A stretch of 64,000 nucleotides of DNA from Phallusia mammillata (Eukaryota), in contig OZ281497.1 of assembly GCA_965637545.1 (NCBI GenBank), positions 10,044,001-10,108,000 on the forward strand, given 5' to 3'. Position 1 is the stretch's first letter; each line of letters opens with the position of its first letter. Made by a program: the position numbers and the translations under genes. The notes under the pieces were generated by a model that had not been told where the DNA came from, ran no database searches, and worked only from the letters and a program-made list of their open reading frames with translations. Shown one piece after another: positions 1 to 11,877 of the stretch.

Positions 1-364
1 AGGGGACCCATAAAAAAAAGCAATGCTGTGGTAAAGGTATAACGAATTGTTTAAGCATGTTTCATAATTATGAAACAATGACATGCAGTAACTTCTTACT
101 GTTCAGTAATCTTAATTATTTTTGTTGACACTCAGATTACGATTTTGTTCAACAACAGAGCATTGCTGTAGGTGTTTAAATCAGAGTTTGATAATATGTG
201 TATGTACATACATATGTATACATATACTTAAACTAAAAGCTTGTGGGCTTACTTTTGCACAAAAATACACTGTCACTCAGCTTTAAACTGGTGCATATGG
301 TAGCACAGTAGCAAGATCAACTGCAAACGGAGCTATGGCATAATCGGTTACAGCGTTATAACTA

Positions 365-2568
<2,204 letters not shown>

Positions 2569-3894
2569 TTTGTTTGCTTAAATTACCTACTTGACAACCA
2601 AAACCTACTTGTTGAACCTAAATCACAAATCATGGTCAAATTGCGAACCAATAAAAGAAAAATGACACACCATAACATTGCACAATGCATTGCAATCTTA
2701 CAGGATTTAGCTTGTACTTTTGTTGAGTGTTTGTGTCTACTAAGCATTTGTACAGTAAAAGCAAAAAAATAAACTTGTTCAACAAAAGACATTTGCCATC
2801 ATCCAATATGTCAAGAAAAAATGTAGCATGTATTATGTCAGTTGACAAGTTCAAATTGCAAATGGGCGGCAGTTTTTCTACTATATTGCAGTAAATCTGT
2901 GTTACACATCAACTTAGTCTACATAAGTTGTTGTATGGGAAAAATAGAAGAGAAGAATGCAAAATGCAACAAGACATCAGATTGTGAACCAGAAAAAAAC
3001 TTACAACAAAAAATTGTATCAAATTGCAAGGTAGTTGGATGAACACAAAAATATTGGTGCTACAAGTTACTAAAGATTATAATATGCTGCCGTTATAATA
3101 CAGATCAATATAATGTGAGCTTTAGACCTGCTGTAGAAAGGTAGGGGTAAGAATTGTCAGCAGACTTGCTGTTGTTCGGTATCTATTAATCCAACAAAAT
3201 GATCTTTAATGCACAGAGAAAAAATGAGTACAATACAGCACAAAAAACACCACACCAGGCTATAAAAACATACCACTTTACCTCACATAAAAATACTATT
3301 TTTATCAATGCCACATCAGTAAACTTATGTCATATTATCTACAAATTATCTGAATCAAGGTAGCTATTTAATTTGATCGTGTTATGTTGATTCTGAACAA
3401 AAACTTACAGAAACGGGTTTGATATGAAAAAACAAATATGGCAGCATTATTTCAAAATTTGTTTTACAAAGTAACATCTTTCACAGACAAATGCAGTGGT
3501 AACCAAGAACCGCAGTGTAAAATAATAAAACATGTTTCTCAAACATTCCAACATTGAGTGTTTTAAAAAAAATTCTGTGTTGTAATGGCAAACTTACAAC
3601 ATGCTGCATACTATAAAATCCACACATTTTTGCACACACAAAACAAAATTCAAAAGTCAGCTAGTAGTTTAGCACCAAGAACATTACCATTAGTATTCAA
3701 TAACACATATCCAGCAATGAATACAAATTAGACAGTCAACCTAACAAAACACAACTTGGCACAATTGGACAATGAAAACAAATACTAAAAGCTATGTAAT
3801 ACATGCTTGTATATGACACAGCATTACTGATTTGTTTCGGGCATTTACATGATAAAGAAAAGAATTACAAAGTCAAAATCATACAACAGACCTA

Positions 3895-6315
3895 TTACAA
3901 TGAATTTGACCGTTTGTCAAACTTAAAGTGTTGAAACTTTTGAAACAAATTAGTGTTACTTTTATGGTGGAAAAACTTTTTCGGCTTCTTTACTTTTTTG
4001 GTCTTTCCTCTGTCTATCTCACGATCCCAGTCATCAAAGGAAGAGCGCTTCTGCTCATTAAAGTCCTCCTTTGCATCTTCCTCTACAACAGAATTTTCAC
4101 CATCCCAGCTCTGCACTTTGGAGCCATATGCTTTGCTTGATGACTGCTGCAAAAGTTTGTTCAGTATACCAGTGCGTTCCTGGGGTTTCTTCCCCACAGA
4201 GTTTTCACCATTTATTTTTTTCTTCTTTGATGGTAAAGGGCCATACTGAGTTGAATTGACCACTTTGCTCTTGCTTGGCTGTGGAACTTCTTCCTTTGGC
4301 ACTAGTTCTTTCGCAACTTCTTTTTCTTCAGGTGCTTTTCGCTTTCCCAGTAACTTTAATTTTAGCGCATGTAATTCACGTTCACGATCTGATTTGCGGC
4401 TATCATTTGAAGATGAGGAGTGATTGTCAGTAATTTTTCCAGCATTGCTTTCCTGATGTGGTTTGTGTATTTTCTGCCAATGCTTTTGATGGTTTGGTAA
4501 GGAGGAGAATGATTTAATATGAAACGAAATTCGTGATTTATTGCCTGACTTTCTGGACGAAGAGCTCTCTTCGCTGTCACGCCTTTGGCGAATCTTGGCT
4601 TGAAACCAATCATCAATGGTCATAATTTTAGCATGCTTGCTTGGTGTACCATTGTCCGATGCTGTTTTTGCAGTAACAGGAGGGGATGCATGATTTTCTT
4701 TGCTTTTGTTATTAGAACCATTAACTGACTGTGCTTTTGAATTTTCAGCTTGTCTTTGTTCGCTGTGGCTGGTCTTGGACTTATCCACCCCTGGCATCTT
4801 GCTAGCAGAAGCAGGTTTGAAGTAGTCTGGTTTGTAACAAGTAACTTCAGGTTTTGGAGCAGATTGACTGTGGGTGGATTTCTTGTCCGAAATTCCATTT
4901 GACATTATTACCTTGGGCTGCTTGACACCAGATCCATTTTCCTTCGGCTTTTTTGAGATTTCCTCAGAAAGCAAATGTAAAATTGGTTCCCTTTGATGAT
5001 TCTTCTTGTGATTTTGCATATTGTTAGCCTGAGATTTTACCTGCCTTGCACGGTGGTAAAACAGTAAGTATGCCTGTTGGTTAAGGGCCTGGTTAGCACT
5101 AACTTGATACACTGAAGAATCATTAAAGCAGTACCATTGGTTATTTGAGGCCTTGGCATATGCATAATAGTGCCCGGATTGGCAACTAAACCCTGAATGA
5201 ACCAGCACCGCATACAGTTCATAGCAGTGATTAGTGTTTGGTGGGATGCTCATAAATGAATTAATGTTGAGTTTCAAAGGGTAAGACACATCAGAATTTA
5301 TTTTGTTTCCCATAAATGAAGAAAACCTTTTCAACTGTATGGTAAGTATGTTTGGTGCACGATGAATAGTAAATGTCTTACTGGCCTGTACACAGTTTTT
5401 GCAACGATGACATTTATACGAATTGTCACCATGCAATATTTCAGGCTTCACAAAATGTTCGAAGCACCGCTGCAAGTTGTTACAACCTTGTTTGCTGATT
5501 TCCAGACTGATGTCAAGAAAAGGATCAAAAGTATCGGACACTGCTTTGCACTGACGACATTTAACCCGACTTCGCAGATAACCTCCAAATATCTGGTAGA
5601 CCAATGTCGTGGCTTTTGTGTGAATGTCAAGTTTGCTAGAAAACCCTTGGAGGCATGACTTTTGCATTGCATCAATGGAGTAACGAATAAACTCATGAGC
5701 ATCTTCCTGCCTTCCAAAATGCAAATGTTTGGCAATTAAGCGAAGGTTTTTCAAAATGCACATGGGCCTGATAGCTTGACCACTGTTTCCAAATGAAGAT
5801 CTAATATGCTGCTGCAACATGCACAGCATGCAGAATTGGCCGTTAGACTTACAAACACTTCTATGATCACCATTGAGCAAATAGTTGGTCAATGGCGGTG
5901 TGTAACTTAGACACTGGAGTGCTGAATTTAAAAAGCAAGTGTTTCCCAAATTAACAAGACCAGAACCAATTCGATAAGTTTTCTTCCAATGTAAGTCCAT
6001 TTTTTCTGGGGAGAACAAAATCGCTTTAGGACATGGAATTCCATCACTTTTGTTGCTAACTTCTCGGGCAGCCAACTTTATTCCATTAGTGACTAAAGCT
6101 GGCTTGATATGTGCTGTTGGATTGAGATTAACATACTTGGTTTTCAGTTTGTTCATTCCCATATTGTAAGGTTTTTTAGCATCAACAAACTCTATTTTTT
6201 GCAACACTGTTTTCTTGCTTGTTGAAGTGAGATGAGATTCAAGATCGAATCCATTGTAAGTTGGTTTTTGTTGTGGTTTTAGCACTTCAGAGGCTACTTG
6301 TTGTGAAACAGTCAT
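3895..6315 (-). CDS. USP36: Ubiquitin carboxyl-terminal hydrolase 36 (USP36/USP42 family), single coding exon, 806 aa
   Basis: Uninterrupted ORF with Cys box GLVNLGNTCFLNSALQCL, QEDAHEF, His box LVHSGFSCQSGHYY and WYCFNDS. The C-terminus SSKAYGSKVQSWDG...DDWDREIDRGKTKKVKK...NLFQK matches the USP36-type tail rather than USP42. Confidence 0.93.
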   Translation of the reverse strand: MTVSQQVASEVLKPQQKPTYNGFDLESHLTSTSKKTVLQKIEFVDAKKPYNMGMNKLKTKYVNLNPTAHIKPALVTNGIKLAAREVSNKSDGIPCPKAILFSPEKMDLHWKKTYRIGSGLVNLGNTCFLNSALQCLSYTPPLTNYLLNGDHRSVCKSNGQFCMLCMLQQHIRSSFGNSGQAIRPMCILKNLRLIAKHLHFGRQEDAHEFIRYSIDAMQKSCLQGFSSKLDIHTKATTLVYQIFGGYLRSRVKCRQCKAVSDTFDPFLDISLEISKQGCNNLQRCFEHFVKPEILHGDNSYKCHRCKNCVQASKTFTIHRAPNILTIQLKRFSSFMGNKINSDVSYPLKLNINSFMSIPPNTNHCYELYAVLVHSGFSCQSGHYYAYAKASNNQWYCFNDSSVYQVSANQALNQQAYLLFYHRARQVKSQANNMQNHKKNHQREPILHLLSEEISKKPKENGSGVKQPKVIMSNGISDKKSTHSQSAPKPEVTCYKPDYFKPASASKMPGVDKSKTSHSEQRQAENSKAQSVNGSNNKSKENHASPPVTAKTASDNGTPSKHAKIMTIDDWFQAKIRQRRDSEESSSSRKSGNKSRISFHIKSFSSLPNHQKHWQKIHKPHQESNAGKITDNHSSSSNDSRKSDRERELHALKLKLLGKRKAPEEKEVAKELVPKEEVPQPSKSKVVNSTQYGPLPSKKKKINGENSVGKKPQERTGILNKLLQQSSSKAYGSKVQSWDGENSVVEEDAKEDFNEQKRSSFDDWDREIDRGKTKKVKKPKKFFHHKSNTNLFQKFQHFKFDKRSNSL

Positions 6316-6849
6316 AGTGCTGAAACTTACAGATTCATTAAAGCCTACATCTTCATCTGCAAAATCGCAACAAGTGATATAAACTAAGCAAACCCTTTCT
6401 TATTCAAGCTTACATATTCACTACAAAATAAACAGTTTAAATTAGTAACACAGTCTTTAGGTTCAGGAACACTGATAAACAATATTTTGTGATAGACAAA
6501 AAAAATTCCATACCAAACAGTAACAGTTTTACTTGTTTTTATTGTTTTTAAAAAAAGGTTGCACAAGTCGCTTTAATAAATGTTGACAAGCTTAAAAATG
6601 CCATCAACTGATGGTTATCACAAAACAGTTATTAGTATGCTATTATATATGATTAAAACTTAAATTCTTTACAAAGAAAAAGCATAAGCCAGGTGACAAG
6701 TGACAACATAGAAAAAGGACACCAAAACATCAGTTAATTTGAATAGAAAGTCCCAACAACAATGGTATTATAGCCATGCTTTTCCTTAAGCCTTACATAA
6801 AGTGTCTTGCTTTTCTTTTAAGAACACAAACCTGATCAAAATTTCAATT

Positions 6850-7345
6850 GTCGGAAAAGAGAAATAACGTGTTGCGCTTTTTGAGCCATAGAGAACTTAT
6901 GACAACCTCTTTTAAACATCCAAACGTATCAGAAGATTCATGATCCATTTTTAGTACTCGAAATATTTTTCTCATTTTTTTGATAAATTTTAAACGTAAA
7001 GCAAATGACCATAAAACGTGTTTCTCAATCAAACAAACTGGCAAAAACACTTTCCTTTGCCGCATATTTGATATGAACCTAAAGGTAGGTTCAACAGCAG
7101 TTTGGCACTTTATTTTAACTGAAAATAAAGTTTACCCCTATTATAAACCTATAGATAACGAAACAACAGGCAAGCTTACCACATATTTTTGTCTAAAAAA
7201 AATTAAACTTTGCCGATACGGCATTCAAAGTTTAACGCTTGAGTGAATTTTTGTTTGCTTTTTGATCTTTCGCGGGTCAGTCATGCGTGGCCATTACTTT
7301 TACTGCAATTTTAACACTTGTGTTGTGTTTTGAAGTAATAAGGTA
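6850..7345. promoter_or_regulatory. Candidate bidirectional promoter shared by USP36 (-) and TAF7 (+)
   Basis: The start codons at 6315 and 7786 are divergent, and this segment retains CpG while the flanking gene bodies are CpG-poor. Plausible 5'UTR donors at 7179 and 6831 (-) and 7343 (+). Plausible acceptors at 6357 (-) and 7541/7784 (+). Confidence 0.65.
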
Positions 7346-7347
7346 GT

Positions 7348-7384
7348 TCAATTATGATTTGTATAAGTCAATTATGATTTGTAT
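7348..7384. repeat. 20-bp-period tandem duplication
   Basis: TCAATTATGATTTGTAT occurs at 7348 and 7368. Confidence 0.85.
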
Positions 7385-7785
7385 GAATAAAACTCCAATG
7401 CAGAAATGTAACAGGTTGGGGTATGGAGTATGGACTATAGACTGTTATTGCTTTTTTCGTTTTCACATTGAGGCTAAACAAATCCTTAATTGTTTCAAGA
7501 ATAAGCTGTAATAATTGAATTGTACTCATATAATTCTGCAGGTTGTATTGAATATCAAGATTGTTTTGAAATTAGTGCATTTGCATTGAAATGTTAAACC
7601 TAGTTAATAGTTGCTCCGAGTCAGAATAGAGAGATTATTTTGTGTTGTTTATAGTTGTTTGTTAATAATAGTTTTGATTTTGTGGTTAAACTATTTCTAT
7701 TTGTTTCCTGAATATATTTTAATGTAACATCATAAAGTTGTGTTTTTCTATTGATTTAAAGACAGGTTTTTTCAAAAATTGCAGA

Positions 7786-10700
7786 ATGGACATTTTTGAC
7801 AAGTCCTATGAGCTGGAAAATCAATTTCTACTTAGACTTCCCACTGTAAGAACTTTGATTGATAAAAGTTGTATTTTATTGTTCAAGTTTTGTAATTTCT
7901 ATTAAAAAAACAGATTGTGCCTTTATATCAAAATAAATCTATCTGCAGGAGCAAGCTGAAAAGTTGCAGGAGATTCTTCTTGCTGGAAATTTAAGAGACC
8001 GCCTGAAAGTTGAAATGCATGGTTAGTATATAAAGCAAGTGCCTTTATATTGTGCATACAGCAATTGAATTGTAACCTTATGTTTGCAACTGTTTATTTT
8101 TATTACAGCTGATAGTCGGCATGGAACAGTTTCTCTCGATGGAGAAGCTTTATCTGCAAAACTTGTTGATTTACCATGCATAATGGAGAGTATGAAAACC
8201 TTGGACATGAAAAACTTTTACAAAACTTCTGATATTTCTCAGGTGAGCATTTTACATTTATTTGTTACATATATATATATATATATCAATCAATTTGTTT
8301 TTGCCACATACATGCTGAGCTTTAATCACAAATCTTTTACATCTCTTTTGGGTAGCTTCTCGTATGTAACACAGAAGAGGAAAAGGAAGGGATGATAACA
8401 GAAAAAGTGACAACAACCAAGGACAAAAAGTTCCTTTACCCTCATGGAGGTAAATGAATTGTTTTTATAATCATGTTTTGCATATACTTTTGTGAAGTTT
8501 TCTTAGTAGTTGTGTCATTATAAAAAATTAACTAAATTAATGTACATTCTTCTGTAATTTTTCATACAGTTACCCCACCCTTAAAAAATGTCAGAAAAAG
8601 ACGCTTTCGAAAAACGGCCAGAAAAAAGGTATGTATCACCATAAAAATATTTTTTTCTGCACTTTTTTTACCGTCAAAACATTTTAACTGCACCTAGATT
8701 ATCAAAGTGAAAATGACATACACTGGTTTGCAACAATACATTTTTGGGAACTAGGTTTGGTTTTGCATATGTTACTTTAATGTGTCTTTTAATTATTTTA
8801 GTACATTGATTCACCGGACATTGAAAAAGAAGTTAAAAGGTTACTCAAAGCTGACATGGAATGTGTTAGTGTCCGTATCCTTTGTTGTTTTGTAATTATG
8901 AAGCAGAGTTTTAAATTTTAAAAATTTTAAAGTTCTTGTGCTTTTTTAACCAGTTCAGTGCAATTTAAAAACACCAAAATGCAAAGGTACACTGAATAAA
9001 AATAAATGCAAAGTTACTCACAAATTTGGTTTTAGGATAAATTAAAATTGGTCAGTTTTTATTTATTTTGCTGTTCTTTATAATTGTTCAAGTTGGGTGG
9101 AAGTTGTATACATATTATACCACCTTAACCAATTGTTAAAAGACTATGAAATTATCAATGAGGAGGACAAACAGCCAGACAAATCAAAGGCAGGGACATC
9201 ACAATCTCGTGACAGTGATGTTACAGGTAGATCTTTTTTTTAATGTCTTGGTGTATCAGAGTTGTAAACAGGCCTGAAATTGGAGCTCGAACCTGTCCTG
9301 AACCCGAAAGTACAAACCCGAAACCCAGTACAAACCTGAATTTTTTTTAAAAAGCCTGTTTAGGCCTCAAAGTTTAATTAACAGGTCTATACATTGAAGC
9401 CTCAGGAAAGACTAAGACAACAAACAAAATAGACAATTGGTCTTGAACAAGGCGTTTTAGGCCTGTTTGACATTAGGTCAGACCCAGCAACTGGCTACTT
9501 TGCTAGTTAACTTTATTCAAAAAAATACTTACACAGAGTGTAAAGTCAGGCCCAAATCAACCCATTTTTTATTATTTGAGAAACCTAAACCCGAACCCAA
9601 ACCAAAAAAAAACGGCCCTAGTTACAACTCTGTGGTGTCAACTTTCAGTTTTTTTAAGAAAAATAAATATGAACAACATTGCACAATCATATGTAGTCCA
9701 ACTTAAGCCACTGTCAATTTGAATTAGTTTGCCGTCAAGTCAGCAACTTTTATTTATTCAACCTGCCAGATTTCACTTTATGGGTGCAACTATGGTCAAA
9801 TTTCATGCTTGGGTTAACGGACAATGTTAAAGTAGCATGAACCCTGACCATGGGATCATGGCTTAATCATCCGAAAGATAGGTTTTTGGCAGGAATTACA
9901 AATCATTTGTTGGACAATGTATTCAATGTGAATATCGTATTTTGCAATCTTTGGCAGATCATGATGAGCTTCAGAAACTATTCCAGGATCTTACAAGCTC
10001 AGAAAGTGAAACAGAAAAAGATGAAATCAATGTTGATGAAGTGGAGGAAATAAAGGTATACAAGTGCTATTATTGTTTTAAACAAAAAAGTCACTTTGTC
10101 CTTTTTTGCAGCAGGATTTTGATCCAAGTGAAATACCTAAAGGAATATCAATTATCACAGACAAGCAGGAGAGAGGTAATATACTTTTTTTGAATTAACA
10201 ACTGCTGACAATACTTGGTTTGTTGTATCGAATATGGAGAATAATTGATGACCTTAGGAACACTATACAAGGACTTGAAAAGTAGTTTAATCACAAACAT
10301 TACTGCCAAGGTAGTGGTGTATATAGAATACATCGTTCAGACGTTTCGACAATCTCTGTTGTCATCATCAGTGCATGTTTCTATATGCACCACTACCTTG
10401 GCAGTAATGTTTGTGATTAAATTGATGACCTGATTTTAGAAAATGTATTTAAGTAAATAAAACCTGTTTGTCTGTAGCTCGACTGGAGGTAAGGTTGGAA
10501 CAACTGTCAAGTGAGCTTGCTGAACTCCGCAAGCGAAGACAACGCAAAGAAAATCTCATTAAGGGTGAAAATATCAAGAACGAAATGTTGAAGGTGAAAA
10601 TTTTTTTTTGCCTAGTGTTGTTTTTATGCATAAGTACAACAAATCGCCACTTTTGTTATTTACGATCCCAACGGAATATGATTTACAAGATTTGTATCCA

Positions 10701-11087
10701 TCAACCTCTACATTTTGATATCATTCCTCAAACGTGCATAAAACGAATAAGTCAATAAAACTTTTGCACTTGTTGACTTGAGTTTATTTTACGTGGTAAA
10801 AGTAACATGAAGTCGGAAAACGCAAAATAGTATAGGGCACAATTACCTCATCTGGCCAAACGCGCTACAGGTACACTGGGACAAACGTAAGAATGATGAA
10901 GCTAGTTTTGTATTGTTCACATTGTTTATGTATTCACCCATATTTTATAAATGTCATAATCTGGTCTAAAATTGTCAAAAATTTTAAGATGAGATTTCAA
11001 AGTGAACTTGAAGACTTGACGATTCGAATTTCGGAAACTCGACAGGATTATTTACTCATACTCGCTCAACTCGGTCGCACGAAATAA
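7786..11087 (+). CDS. TAF7: TFIID subunit 7 (TAF7/TAF7L family), 11 exons, ~317 aa
   Basis: Exons 7786-7845, 7949-8021, 8109-8242, 8356-8449, 8570-8628, 8802-8874, 9143-9226, 9958-10055, 10112(or 10115)-10175, 10478-10593 and 10989-11087 join in frame (954 nt). Motifs: ELENQFLLRLP, AKLVDLPCIMESMKTLD..FYKTSDISQ, PHGVTPPLKNVRKRRFRKT, YIDSPDIEKEVKRLL, HDELQKLF, then a C-terminal coiled coil. Confidence 0.95.
8875..9142 (+). other. U12-type (minor spliceosome) GT-AG intron, TAF7 intron 6
   Basis: 5' splice site GTATCCTTT at 8875. Branch sequence CCTTAAC at 9123-9129, with the branch A about 14 nt before the AG at 9141-9142. No polypyrimidine tract. The junction keeps the frame (VSV-H-YEII). Confidence 0.9.
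9257..9632. mobile_element. Non-autonomous hAT-type MITE in TAF7 intron 7
   Basis: TIR CAGAGTTGTAA / TTACAACTCTG. Flanks TGGTGTAT / TGGTGTCA (6/8 TSD match). Subterminal AACCCGAA-like arrays at both ends. Confidence 0.8.
10255..10419 (-). mobile_element. 165-bp hammerhead-containing hairpin insertion in TAF7 intron 9
   Basis: Flanked by the 12-bp direct repeat AATTGATGACCT (10243-10254, 10420-10431). Internal inverted repeat 10286-10328 / 10379-10421 with one mismatch encloses the hammerhead core. Confidence 0.65.
10329..10379 (-). ncRNA. Minimal type I hammerhead ribozyme motif (Penelope/retrozyme-like)
   Basis: The - strand reads CA-CUGAUGA(10371-10365)-U-GACAA-cagaga-UUGUC-GAAA(10347-10344)-CGUC-UG. 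This gives both conserved core boxes, a 5-bp stem II, a palindromic ACGU in place of stem III and a GUC triplet. Proximal stem I is only 2 bp followed by an internal loop. Confidence 0.7.
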
Positions 11088-11551
11088 CTCTGTCCATTCG
11101 AGTATGGAACGTGGTAAGACGATATATCCCCATCCGAGAGGCATGCGAAGCACGAAGGAATGAATGACTTTGAATCGATGTCAACCGAGATATCGCCCAC
11201 CCTCCGGGACTTTTCTTGAAAAATCATGGATCTTTGTCTGGGACTGTTAAGGACATTAAATGCCTTTTCTTGATTTGCGAAGAGGTTGCCTTTGTAAAAC
11301 GCCAAAAATGCGTGTCTGTGTCCAATTCTTGTTTTTTGATTTATGAACGAATTTTACGAGGAACTCTTTAATTATCCAACGAGCATAAATGCCGAGATTG
11401 CAAAAAAACACATTCGTAATGTTTTCTTTTACAAAACGCAGTAAGTTGATTCTTTGGAATTTGTTAAATTCTATTTTTGTTACGTTTTACTGTTTGGTTG
11501 TTTTTGTCCTCACAGGTAGTACTAAACAAAACGTCAAATGTAGGCTACGTG

Positions 11552-11705
11552 CATTGGTGGGATTCAGCCGGCACCGGTTCTATCGAACCGTCTCACTAAA
11601 TTTTATGAGATCAGCAAACCTATGCATTACTGGTTGACAGAACCGGCTGAAAAATATGACTTTTGTGATAAAACCGTCTGACAAAAAATTTGAATCCCAC
11701 CACTT
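11552..11705. mobile_element. 154-bp hAT MITE between TAF7 and COMMD9
   Basis: TIR CATTGGTGGGATTCA / TGAATCCCACCACTT. 8-bp TSD GCTACGTG / GCTACATG (7/8 match). Internal AACCG/CGGTT motifs. Confidence 0.85.
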
Positions 11706-11877
11706 GCTACATGTAGATATTGTGAAAACGTTGAAGATGTGATTATTTTCTCAAAGCCGCACTCATAACTGTACATCACATAATACTATTTTGTAAAATC
11801 CAAATCAACATTTTTTTTCAAATTTGTGGTTTATGTCATAGGTTGTTAGTTGTGGTGATAGTTAATCTGGTGTTAAC

